From an uncultured Chloracidobacterium sp. (GTDB lineage: Bacteria; Acidobacteriota; Blastocatellia; Pyrinomonadales; Pyrinomonadaceae): a stretch of 64,000 nucleotides of DNA. This document shows positions 37,270 to 45,722 of this stretch, one piece after another (position 1 is the stretch's first letter; each line of letters starts with the position of its first letter). The DNA lies in NCBI GenBank assembly GCA_964545145.1, contig CAZJFB010000001.1, forward strand, positions 27,616 to 91,615. Reading direction: 5' to 3'. The notes beneath the pieces were generated by a model. That model was given only the letters and a program-made list of their open reading frames with translations. It was not told the origin of the DNA and did no database searches. The translations under genes were made by a program, and so were the position numbers.

Positions 37270-39201
37270 TCAATTCTGTTCGGCCCGACAAAAAATGCGG
37301 GATCCGGGGATCCGCGCTACATATTCCTTGGTTCCGGCCCATTCGTTCACAAGAAGGGCGAAGTAATGGACCTCTCCGGTGTCCAGTCTTTTTGCCACAA
37401 TGTCCAATACGGTAGACGGGTCGGCATCGTTACGATTCTTGAACCGTCCTTTAGGCCGAAGCTCGATCAGCAATACACGGTAGGGTATGTCAGGCAGGTA
37501 GTTTACTACCTTGTTTACAGCATATACGGCAGTCACTTCATCCATACCGGCGAGTTTGTGTGGGATCGAGTCGATGAACTCCTGCGTCAGGTCGTGTGCC
37601 TTGAAGTCATCGCCGGGCAGAGCTGCCTGGCGTTCCTTCTGAGCTTGTTCGTACATCTCTGCCTGTTCGTCAAGTGAGTTGGCATAGCGCTTTGCCTCAT
37701 CGAGCCGCCCTTTGCCGCGAAGAAACTCAAACGCGATCTGATCGGCCTCGAACTTTAGGCTCGTGTCCATCTCGGAGGCTTTCTGAAGATCGGCCAGCCC
37801 TCGTTCATCGTCCTGAAATAATCGTGAAAGCCCGAGGTTATACCATGTCACTGCTGCTTCAGGAAATCTCTCGACCGCCTCGTCGATCATCGGGATCGCT
37901 GCCTTGAAGCCGTCCTTTTCCGTAATCAGCTGCGCCAGTTCGCGAAGTTCCTCATGAGACAGTTCACCATTTGCTCGCGCTTCTTCGAGCTCGGCGATAC
38001 GTTTTTGCGCACCCTGAAAATGCTCGTGACGGTCCTTCCACGTTTTATCTGCCTGTTCGTCCCATTCCGCGTCGAACCCGGCGGCAAATCGCTCAGATGC
38101 TTCTCCAAGGAAAACGGTCGCGGCGTCTTGCGCTGTATCAGCCGGCAAGTCCGGCAACTCACCCGAGGTCCAATACTCAATGAGGCGAAGACGGTCGGCC
38201 AGCGACGGATGCGAGTCGTCATGATCGGTTGGCACCGCCACCGCCTTTGAAAGGGTGGCTGCGGCCTGTTCGTCCGCAACAAAACCAAGCGAATTGACCA
38301 TCCGTGTGAAGATACGCTCGGATGGTTTGTCCGAAGCAATATTCTCCTCGTGCACCTTGCGCCAAAAATCGTCCTGCAGCCTCGCACCTTTGGTCTCGAT
38401 CGAGATAAGTGCCTCGCCGAGAGCTCGAGCGCCGGCCAGTTTCGCCGCTTCGCGGTCGGCATCCTTTTCGTGCTCTCGCATCAATACGAATGAATATGCA
38501 GTAAAATACGGAAAAAACCACTCGACGAACTTCTTATATAGGGCCGAGAACCTGTGATCTGTCTCGTCCTGCGATTCAATTAGCCTGCCCCAGGCCTCAC
38601 GCATCTGATACGCCCATTTCGCGAAACCGCCATGCTTACCGGATATATGGCCGATCTCATGGGCAAGGACCGCTTTGAATTGATCGGGCGACAGTGCCTT
38701 CATCAAGGGCAGGCCGAGCAGCAATATTACCTTTTGACCGAAAATGCCGAATCTCGGCATGGTGGAGACCGCCGCGTTAAATTCATCCGTTAGAAGTACC
38801 TTAGACGGTCTTTTTGCCTTTAGCTCTTTACATGTCCGGTCGACGAAATCGAAAAGCTCGGGAGCGTCGGACCGTTTCAACTCGACGCCAGCTGGGTCGG
38901 GCAGCCTGGCCGTGATCGATTTTAACGCCGCGCCAATAAAGCCGAAGTAGACCGCGAGCCCCGGCACGAGGATCCACCATAGTTTCGCTCCTATGAGAAC
39001 AAGCCGCCAAACTTGTTCCGGTGCCTGCCAAAGAAGTAAAGCTACAACCGGGATCGGTACGAAAAATAGTAGGAGTAGCCCGAAGAAGTAGCCATAACCC
39101 ACAGCAATGAGCAGAAGTATCTTGAGTTCATAAGCACGCCGGTTCTTCGCCGCGCTGACCTCAAGATCCTGGATGAGAGAAACGTATTGATCGTATTTCA
39201 T
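37270..39201 (-). CDS. M48-family zinc metallopeptidase with membrane anchor and C-terminal TPR-like region
   Basis: N-terminal TM helices and HExxH in the M48 context (LAHEIGHISGKHG). Confidence 0.8.
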   Translation of the reverse strand: MKYDQYVSLIQDLEVSAAKNRRAYELKILLLIAVGYGYFFGLLLLFFVPIPVVALLLWQAPEQVWRLVLIGAKLWWILVPGLAVYFGFIGAALKSITARLPDPAGVELKRSDAPELFDFVDRTCKELKAKRPSKVLLTDEFNAAVSTMPRFGIFGQKVILLLGLPLMKALSPDQFKAVLAHEIGHISGKHGGFAKWAYQMREAWGRLIESQDETDHRFSALYKKFVEWFFPYFTAYSFVLMREHEKDADREAAKLAGARALGEALISIETKGARLQDDFWRKVHEENIASDKPSERIFTRMVNSLGFVADEQAAATLSKAVAVPTDHDDSHPSLADRLRLIEYWTSGELPDLPADTAQDAATVFLGEASERFAAGFDAEWDEQADKTWKDRHEHFQGAQKRIAELEEARANGELSHEELRELAQLITEKDGFKAAIPMIDEAVERFPEAAVTWYNLGLSRLFQDDERGLADLQKASEMDTSLKFEADQIAFEFLRGKGRLDEAKRYANSLDEQAEMYEQAQKERQAALPGDDFKAHDLTQEFIDSIPHKLAGMDEVTAVYAVNKVVNYLPDIPYRVLLIELRPKGRFKNRNDADPSTVLDIVAKRLDTGEVHYFALLVNEWAGTKEYVARIPGSRIFCRAEQN

Positions 39202-39224
39202 GGGAAAAATACGGCCGGCAAATG

Positions 39225-39773
39225 TTACTTGTTGGTTCTCATTTCGGCCAGGGCTTTTTTGAATTTGTCGCTTTCGCGAAACTTGGCAAAAGAACTATCG
39301 ATCTCGGGATCGGGGAACCTCTCACCCTCGAGCATATTTGCCTTGTACTTGAAGGCAGGACGCAGCCATTTTATCGCGTTATCCTCGTCACCGAGTTCGC
39401 CATAGCCGCACGCCATGTTGTAGTAAAAGAGCGGATAAGTTGGCTCTTTGCTTATCCCGTATTCAAAGACTGCGTGCGACGATCTGATATCGCCCGTTAT
39501 GCCATATGATATTCCGAGATTGTCGACGAGCGCGATCCAGAGCTTGCGTTCGAGCTTGCGCTCCTGCTTTTCCAGGTCGAGGGCTTTCTGATACGGCGGT
39601 ATGGCCTTCTTGTAATCACCGGCCAGGTAGTACCTGCTCCCCTCGGCCATATATTCAAGAGATGATTTCTGTTTATCAGCGGCCGGTGCGCGCTCAGCGT
39701 TGGCCACATTTAGTGTGGTTGAGGTACATGCTATCAATACGAAGAAAAAGGAGAATAGGAGTAAGGCTTTCAT
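39225..39773 (-). CDS. TPR-like lipoprotein
   Basis: Lipobox-like FFFVLIAC leader. Short TPR-like repeats (YYLAGDYKKAIPPYQKALDL). Confidence 0.65.
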   Translation of the reverse strand: MKALLLFSFFFVLIACTSTTLNVANAERAPAADKQKSSLEYMAEGSRYYLAGDYKKAIPPYQKALDLEKQERKLERKLWIALVDNLGISYGITGDIRSSHAVFEYGISKEPTYPLFYYNMACGYGELGDEDNAIKWLRPAFKYKANMLEGERFPDPEIDSSFAKFRESDKFKKALAEMRTNK

Positions 39774-39975
39774 AATAGTTGAGAGTTACCAGTTGTCGGT
39801 GTTCCTACGTTATAGCACCAAATATATCCGGAATAAAAGACATTTCTTTAATGCTGCACCGATCTTCTGATCTCTCTGCCCAAAAGAGGGGACACACGAC
39901 GTTGGCGGCGGGTGGTGCGCAGCGGTATTACAAACTCGCCGTCATCATCCCTCGCGTTCAGCCATTTCCGAAGCC

Positions 39976-41622
39976 TCACTTTGTCCCAAACTCTGCCAGG
40001 TAGCGCAGGTTGATCTGCGAGGCGTCGTAAACGATACATTCATGATTGAGGACGCCGCCGCGGCCGGGCTCGACCCAGGTCGTGTTGGTATTGCGGACGG
40101 GATAGCTGCCGCTGTAAGAGTGGACCTTATGCACGCGGCCCAGGGCGACGGTACACAGGAACATAAACGTTCGCTGGGCGCTGGCGCCGCTGCGATTCCA
40201 GTAACCGGTCGCGTAGTTGAGCGCCTTGGTGCTCTGCAGGCTGGTGTAGATGCCGTTGCCAAACATTCGCCCGGTGCAGTGTGCAGCATTGGCAGGTGGA
40301 ATGACGAGGCCGTGCTTGAGTATCGAGAGCAGGTTTGACGCGCGGGTGCCGTGCCACAGGTCGTCGCGGATGTTGCCGAGCCTGGCGGCCGTCGCGTCGT
40401 ATCGCCGCTTCATATCGGCGATCTCGACCTCGTAAAGCCGAGTCATCTGCAGCCCGGCCGCGACTGGGTGATGCTGTACGTTTCGCGTCGAGAAATACAG
40501 GTCGCGTATCCTTCGGTAAAGCTCGCGGCCCTCGGTGGTGTAGTGCGGCACCTTGGTAAGGCGGCATTCAAAGAGCCTCGGCCTGTCGGGCGTAGGCTCG
40601 TCGCGGGATAGCGCCGCCTCGAGCGCGTCGAGTATCGACACTTCCTCCTGAAACTGCTCCTCGGTCGCGATCAGCGTCTCGGCGGCCGGTATCTTCATAC
40701 CGAAATCCTTTGGCACGAGCTGGAAATACTGCCGCACGACGCCGGCACGTTTTTTGTGCTGCCGCCGCGTCAGGCCGTCGAGCCGGCGCAGCTCGGCGAT
40801 CAGGTCGCGTGCCTCATTGATCGCCTCGGGCGTCAGTATGCCGAGCGGCGTCGAGAATGAACCGGTCTTTGCGTTGTACTTGATGTTGGTCGAGTGTGTG
40901 ATGTGGTGTATGTTGACCTCGGCGAGGTACTTGATAAGCTCGGCCGTGGCGTTGTCGGACGAACCTTCGATCTCGTCGGCGGCGATCTTTGAGAGGCTGG
41001 ACCTCTTTCCCGCGGGAAGCACGGCCTGCGTGTCGTTGTCGATCGTGACCGTGTCCTTGTACCCTTTGCGAAGCTTTTCGCGGCGCTTTCGCTCCAACTC
41101 CTGCAGGGCGGCAGACTGGTCGCTAAACCGCTTTGTGCTCGAATGGAGATTTGCCTCGTCACGCACACGCCCAAACCGCGTCTCAAATCCACCGTCGGAA
41201 TACGCGATGCCGATCCACACCTTGTTTGAGTTCTCGTCCGGGTCGAAGTAGTTCATCCGGTACTGCTTGACGACGGTGCCGCTGCTGCTGGTGACAGCGA
41301 CCGTCGAACTCAGCTGCACTCTGCGCACGGCCCTCGGCACGATCTTCCCGAGCGAGACCGGAGCGTAACCCAATAACCGCCGATAGAACGCCAGTGTGCG
41401 GTCGGCGATCTTGCCCGTTAGACTCTGCGGCAGCAAAAACCAGCCGACCACGCCAACGACGATCACAACAAAGGCGCCGACCAAAATGATCCAAAACCTC
41501 GCGTCGGGAGTGTACACTGTCCGCGGCTGACCGGCATCGGAGATCCCGGTCATGAGCACCCGCATCCCACCGGCCACACCCAGCCAGATCAAGAATATCG
41601 ATATTCCGCGCCTTAGGTTCAT
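39976..41622 (-). CDS. membrane-anchored WGR-domain poly(ADP-ribose) polymerase (PARP) homologue
   Basis: Two N-terminal hydrophobic helices. WGR-like block KVWIGIAYSDGGFETRFGRV. PARP catalytic blocks LWHGTRASNLLSILKHGL (His), GNGIYTS (Tyr) and NHECIVYD (Glu). Confidence 0.85.
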   Translation of the reverse strand: MNLRRGISIFLIWLGVAGGMRVLMTGISDAGQPRTVYTPDARFWIILVGAFVVIVVGVVGWFLLPQSLTGKIADRTLAFYRRLLGYAPVSLGKIVPRAVRRVQLSSTVAVTSSSGTVVKQYRMNYFDPDENSNKVWIGIAYSDGGFETRFGRVRDEANLHSSTKRFSDQSAALQELERKRREKLRKGYKDTVTIDNDTQAVLPAGKRSSLSKIAADEIEGSSDNATAELIKYLAEVNIHHITHSTNIKYNAKTGSFSTPLGILTPEAINEARDLIAELRRLDGLTRRQHKKRAGVVRQYFQLVPKDFGMKIPAAETLIATEEQFQEEVSILDALEAALSRDEPTPDRPRLFECRLTKVPHYTTEGRELYRRIRDLYFSTRNVQHHPVAAGLQMTRLYEVEIADMKRRYDATAARLGNIRDDLWHGTRASNLLSILKHGLVIPPANAAHCTGRMFGNGIYTSLQSTKALNYATGYWNRSGASAQRTFMFLCTVALGRVHKVHSYSGSYPVRNTNTTWVEPGRGGVLNHECIVYDASQINLRYLAEFGTK

Positions 41623-41781
41623 AGGAGTCGATCTGCTTCGATGGCGAGTCGAGATCTCAGGCCACGGCCGCGCTTGGGATAAGCTTGTCGGGCATCAAGC
41701 CTGTGATCGTTAGAGATCGGTCCTTAGAATCTACTTTATCTATGCCTTTTGTGTCTATCGAAGCTGTTGGCAGCCGCCTGC

Positions 41782-42186
41782 TTATAGCGCTCGCTTCTTA
41801 TGTGCCGCGGCCCGCGGGCACGGGCGGGCGGTGCGCAGGTCAAGGACAAGGAAGCCGTCGTCGTCGATGTCGGCGTCGTAAAATCGCACGGTGTGCGGCA
41901 GCTCGATGCGGTATTCGCGCGTTAGGCGGTGGCCGCGAACGAGCTTTGCCCCCGAGCGGTTTGATGCTCGCACCGGGTAGGCATTGCGGGCATGCAGCGA
42001 CGCGGGCTTTAGGCCGATACGCCTGTTCGTCTCGTCAAAGAGCAGGACAAACGCCTTTGGCTCGCCCATCTTTTCGAACGTGATCCGGCTCAGTACAATG
42101 TCGCCCATCGGGTTCATCGTCACATAGATGCCGGCGTATTGCGGCAGAACGTCGCCGCGTGGGCACTCTCGCCAGTCTGGTCTCAT
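41782..42186 (-). CDS. small hypothetical protein, paralogue A of 61825-62310
   Basis: 134 aa with GGAGG 8 nt upstream of the ATG. It aligns to the 61825-62310 product over about 120 aa, with shared blocks LLFD(E/D)xN, IGxxPA, (Y/F)PVR, RFxD and G(F/I)LxLDL(R/K)T. No family recognised. Confidence 0.6.
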   Translation of the reverse strand: MRPDWRECPRGDVLPQYAGIYVTMNPMGDIVLSRITFEKMGEPKAFVLLFDETNRRIGLKPASLHARNAYPVRASNRSGAKLVRGHRLTREYRIELPHTVRFYDADIDDDGFLVLDLRTARPCPRAAAHKKRAL

Positions 42187-42257
42187 ATTTTTGCCTCCAT
42201 AGGATAATTCCCGGGCACAATATGAGCAGAATTAGAATTCGATTGGAATACCGAACC

Positions 42258-42343
42258 GCCGATAATGTCGCAAAATGCCGATAATGTCGCATACCGCCGA
42301 TATTGCCGATACTGCCGATACTGCCGATACCGACGCTATCGGC
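42258..42343. repeat. GCCGATA heptamer array (6 direct + 1 inverted copy)
   Basis: GCCGATAATGTCGCA occurs twice (42258, 42277). GCCGATA(T/C)(T/C) 9-mers then occur four times in tandem (42296, 42305, 42314, 42323), followed by an inverted TATCGGC at 42337-42343. Confidence 0.85.
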
Positions 42344-42459
42344 GGCACCAACGGCACAGTCAACGATGGGGTAAACGGCAGTCTCAGCGTGTGCCGTAAG
42401 CGAGCGCATGGCGGGTCGTCAACGCGGGGTTCAATTTTGGGAACGGATCCGGCAAAAGC

Positions 42460-42539
42460 GGTGACACAACTGGGTGTTTTTGGTGACCCAACCGGGGGTT
42501 TTTGATGACACAACGGGCAAAAGCGGTGACCCGAGCGGG
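42460..42539. repeat. four iteron-like repeats, GGTGAC(A/C)C(A/G)A(C)YGGG, at 21-22-bp spacing
   Basis: Copies start at 42460, 42482, 42504 and 42525. The array is bracketed by GGATCCGG at 42445-42452 and 42538-42545. It lies about 270 bp upstream of the 41782-42186 gene. Confidence 0.8.
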
Positions 42540-42623
42540 ATCCGGATCATCTATGCCAATGAAGTCGTACGGGCGACTAAGTCCTTTAAGTTTGGGGCTT
42601 TAGCCTTTGCTAAAAGACCATTG

Positions 42624-43517
42624 TCAGGAAAGGACTGGCAGCGACGCTCCGGAACCCGTTTGCGAAGCAAAGGCGGCGTCCGAGTGGTCAAAGACCTCGT
42701 CGAGCTCGCGTTCGACCGAGCCGTGGCCCGCGGGGATCGCCTTGATCATCGGCTCAAAACTTTTGAAGTTATAGAGTTTGTTATCCAACAGGTGCGAGCC
42801 CGTAACGTTGGTCAGCGCGGTCATCATTGTCTGACGGATAAATGGCGTTTCCTTTTCCAGCTCGGTAATGAGCCGCTTGACGCGTGCACGTTTGAGGTTC
42901 GGCTGCGAACCGCAAAGATTGCACGGAATGATCGGGAACTTTTGCTCTTCGGCGTAGGCAGCGATCTCTTTTTCCTGGCAGTACGCTAGCGGACGGATCA
43001 GCGTATTGCGGCCGTCGTCCGACTTAAGTATTGGGGGCATTGCCTTTAGCTGGCCGACATAGAAGAGATTCATCAGAAACGTCGCGATGATATCGTCGGC
43101 GTGGTGTCCGAGTGCGATCTTTGTACAGCCCATTTCCACGGCCGTGGAATACAAAATTCCGCGCCGCAGGCGGCTGCAGAGCGAGCAATAGGTCTTGCCC
43201 TCGGGGATGTGCATTTTGACGACCGAGAATGTGTCTTCCTCGACGATCCGGTACGGCACGCCGCGAGATGCGAGATACTCGGGCAGCACGTGCTCGGGGA
43301 AATCAGGCTGTTTTTGGTCGAGGTTAACCGCAAGGATCTCAAACTTGACCGGCGCCCGTCGCTGTACGTCGAGCAGCAGATCGAGCAGCGTATAACTGTC
43401 CTTGCCGCCCGACAGACAGACCATCACACGATCGCCATCCTCGATCATTGAGAAATCTTCGATCGCGCGGCCCATCTTTTTGAGCAACTTCGTCTTTGTC
43501 TTTGTCTCAGCCTGCAA
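42624..43517 (-). CDS. ttcA: tRNA 2-thiocytidine biosynthesis protein TtcA
   Basis: PP-loop CLSGGKDS plus Fe-S cysteine pairs ([17 protein letters not shown]). Confidence 0.9.
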   Translation of the reverse strand: MQAETKTKTKLLKKMGRAIEDFSMIEDGDRVMVCLSGGKDSYTLLDLLLDVQRRAPVKFEILAVNLDQKQPDFPEHVLPEYLASRGVPYRIVEEDTFSVVKMHIPEGKTYCSLCSRLRRGILYSTAVEMGCTKIALGHHADDIIATFLMNLFYVGQLKAMPPILKSDDGRNTLIRPLAYCQEKEIAAYAEEQKFPIIPCNLCGSQPNLKRARVKRLITELEKETPFIRQTMMTALTNVTGSHLLDNKLYNFKSFEPMIKAIPAGHGSVERELDEVFDHSDAAFASQTGSGASLPVLS

Positions 43518-43754
43518 CTTTGTCTCGACAGCCTCCGAAAGCTTTGAATTCTCGCACTTTAAGGGCCATTTTACAAGGTGGAAAAAAGCGCTAGACCTCT
43601 CGGGAAAAGTGACCTATTATCTATTTGATAGGAAAGATGAGGCACCTGTGGGCTCTTGGCTGACACATGTTGAGTTCAGCCGCGAGGCGGATATTTTGGC
43701 AAATGACCGTGGCGCGTGCATCTTCGACTTAATTTTATTGCGAGGTAAACATCA

Positions 43755-44381
43755 ATGATTAGAATGGGACGCGGAAATCGGGACGACGCCACCACCCCAG
43801 AGCCGGCTCAACCGAGCGGCTATAATTACGCCAGCGAGGCACAGCCTGCGGTTGCTTCGCGTGCGATATCGGAAAGCGATTCGATGGCACGCGATATCAA
43901 GGAAGGCCGGCTGAGCGGATTCGTCGGCCACGGCACGACGCTGACCGGCGAGACCGAGTTTCACGCGATGCTCCGCGTTGACGGCCATCTGATCGGAACC
44001 GTTTCGTCCGAATCGGGCACGCTTATCATCGGAACCAACGGCCAGGTCGACGCGAACGTCTCCGTCGCTGCCGCGATGATCAACGGGACCGTAAACGGCG
44101 ACATCTACGCGAGCGAAAAACTCCAACTCGGTCGCACGGCACGCGTTCTCGGTAACATTCACAGCCCGAAACTCATCGTCGAGGAAGGCGCAATTCTTGA
44201 GGGCAGCTGCAACATGCTCAAGGCCCGCGAGGTGCAGGAAGAAGAAGCCGTTGCCGCTGCGACCGCAGCCGCAGCACCGCAATATCAGCAGGCTCCGCTG
44301 GCTATGGCCGCCGATGACGACGAGCTAGAGCTGATCGGTGATGATGAAGACGAAGAATCAGCAGACGCAGCAGCTGTATAA
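43755..44381 (+). CDS. bactofilin-family cytoskeletal protein with acidic C-terminal tail
   Basis: Bactofilin (DUF583) beta-helix repeats (TLTGETEFHAMLRVDGHLIGTV...INGTVNGDIYASEKLQL...). Confidence 0.85.
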   Translation: MIRMGRGNRDDATTPEPAQPSGYNYASEAQPAVASRAISESDSMARDIKEGRLSGFVGHGTTLTGETEFHAMLRVDGHLIGTVSSESGTLIIGTNGQVDANVSVAAAMINGTVNGDIYASEKLQLGRTARVLGNIHSPKLIVEEGAILEGSCNMLKAREVQEEEAVAAATAAAAPQYQQAPLAMAADDDELELIGDDEDEESADAAAV

Positions 44382-44404
44382 ACAGAACATTTTGTGGTAC
44401 TTAC

Positions 44405-44428
44405 AAGGCGGGATATCCCGCCTTTTTT
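44405..44428 (+). terminator. Rho-independent terminator after the bactofilin gene
   Basis: AAGGCGGGA-ta-TCCCGCCTT followed by TTTT. Confidence 0.85.
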
Positions 44429-44455
44429 AGTTAGCTTTTTTGGAGGAAGAAAACT

Positions 44456-44875
44456 ATGTGGAGTGAATTCAAGGCTTTTATCGCTCGCGGCAACGTGCTC
44501 GATCTCGCGATCGGCGTGATCATCGGTGCAGCATTCGGCAAGATAGTTACAACATTTACTGAAGGCATAATCATGCCATTTGTCGGTTTGATCACCGGCG
44601 GCATGGACTTCAAGACCAAGTTCTACGACCTTAGCGGCAAGCTCGGCCCCGGTGCAACTCCGGAACAGATCGATGCTGCCGTCAAAGGTGGTGCTCCGCT
44701 GGTACGCTACGGCCAGCTAGTCAGCGACTTTATTACATTCATTATCGTCGCACTGGTGATGTTCATCATCGCCAAGCTCGCGATGGACTATTTTGCAAGG
44801 CTCGCTGCCAAAAATCCGCCGCCGCCTCAGGAAGCTCTGCTTACCGAGATACGCGACATTCTCAAAGCCAAGTAA
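44456..44875 (+). CDS. mscL: large-conductance mechanosensitive channel
   Basis: MWSEFKAFIARGNVLDLAIGVIIGAAFGKIV is the canonical MscL N-terminus. GGAGGA lies 9 nt upstream of the ATG. Confidence 0.95.
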   Translation: MWSEFKAFIARGNVLDLAIGVIIGAAFGKIVTTFTEGIIMPFVGLITGGMDFKTKFYDLSGKLGPGATPEQIDAAVKGGAPLVRYGQLVSDFITFIIVALVMFIIAKLAMDYFARLAAKNPPPPQEALLTEIRDILKAK

Positions 44876-44896
44876 CAGAATTATCAAAGATCAGCG

Positions 44897-44935
44897 ACGC
44901 GAAGGTGCAGTATCAGTCTGTCGCCTTCGCGTTTT
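44897..44935. terminator. hairpin + T-run between the convergent mscL and MTHFS genes
   Basis: ACGCGAAGG (44897-44905) pairs with CCTTCGCGT (44924-44932) across an 18-nt loop, followed by TTTTCTATTTT. Confidence 0.6.
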
Positions 44936-45511
44936 CTATTTTGTGCGATAGGCCGCCGACGGCGTGACGCATAGATCGAGTGCGACATCGGACTCGGTAA
45001 CATCGTCGATCACCTCGACTGGCGGAAAGAAACTGACGCCGACCTTCAGGCAATCGGGCCGGCAACTCGCCAAAAATCGGTCGTACATTCCTTTGCCGTA
45101 GCCGACGCGGTGTCCCCGCTCGTCAAAGCAAAGCAGCGGCACGATCACGAGATCGATCTCGTCCGGCTCGATCGCATTGCCGGTGGCCGGTTCGCGAATT
45201 CCCCAGCTGTTCTCGCTCCACTCGGTCGCCTCGTCAAACGCCACGCTCCCGATCGTCCCCGATTTGAGATCCGTCTTCGGGGCGATGGTCACGATACCGA
45301 AATGATCGCGCCAGAGCCGGTAATAGATCATCGACGTGTCGATCTCATTGAATTTCGGTATTCGAATGAATGTGTGTACCTTCGCGACGCCGGTCAGATC
45401 GACGTTCTCAAAAAAGCGGTCCGCTATCTTCCGGCTCGCCGCCGCAACCTGGGCCGCCGAGAGCGAAGCACGTTTCTCGAGATACAGCTTTCGTAGATCG
45501 GATTTTATCAT
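44936..45511 (-). CDS. 5-formyltetrahydrofolate cyclo-ligase
   Basis: 191 aa. Blocks IDLVIVPLLCFDERGHRVGYGKGMYDR are typical of MTHFS. Confidence 0.85.
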   Translation of the reverse strand: MIKSDLRKLYLEKRASLSAAQVAAASRKIADRFFENVDLTGVAKVHTFIRIPKFNEIDTSMIYYRLWRDHFGIVTIAPKTDLKSGTIGSVAFDEATEWSENSWGIREPATGNAIEPDEIDLVIVPLLCFDERGHRVGYGKGMYDRFLASCRPDCLKVGVSFFPPVEVIDDVTESDVALDLCVTPSAAYRTK

Positions 45512-45526
45512 TGGCCGCGAAAGGCG

Positions 45527-45712
45527 TTATCCGCGCTTTTTGTCGGGACGCGGTTTGATCGCCTCGCTCGTTCGTGGTGAGACGACCGATGCTTTGAACT
45601 CCGAGCCGGTTTGGATGTCGCTCTCAGCCTTTGCTGCCAACAGTTTTGACTCGCTCACGATCTTTTTCGCGGCCTTAGCAGCTTTGCTCGGTCTTTTCTT
45701 TGCTTTTGTCAT
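45527..45712 (-). CDS. possible small Lys/Ala-rich basic protein (61 aa)
   Basis: Internal ATG of ORF 45527..45850, 10 nt after the mnmA stop (MTKAKKRPSKAAKAAKKIVSE...). There is no homology evidence, so it could be non-coding. Confidence 0.35.
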   Translation of the reverse strand: MTKAKKRPSKAAKAAKKIVSESKLLAAKAESDIQTGSEFKASVVSPRTSEAIKPRPDKKRG

Positions 45713-45722
45713 ATAGATCCTA

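Noticed and set aside
42258-42343. CRISPR array
   Set aside because: The repeats are only 7-15 bp with spacers of 0-4 bp, far from CRISPR geometry. There are no cas genes in the window.
42275-42505. 76-aa ORF (and the antisense 93-aa and 124-aa ORFs) in the repeat-rich spacer
   Set aside because: The ADTADTADT stretch is simply the translated GCCGATACT tandem repeat. There is no SD and no family resemblance, so I treat the region as non-coding.
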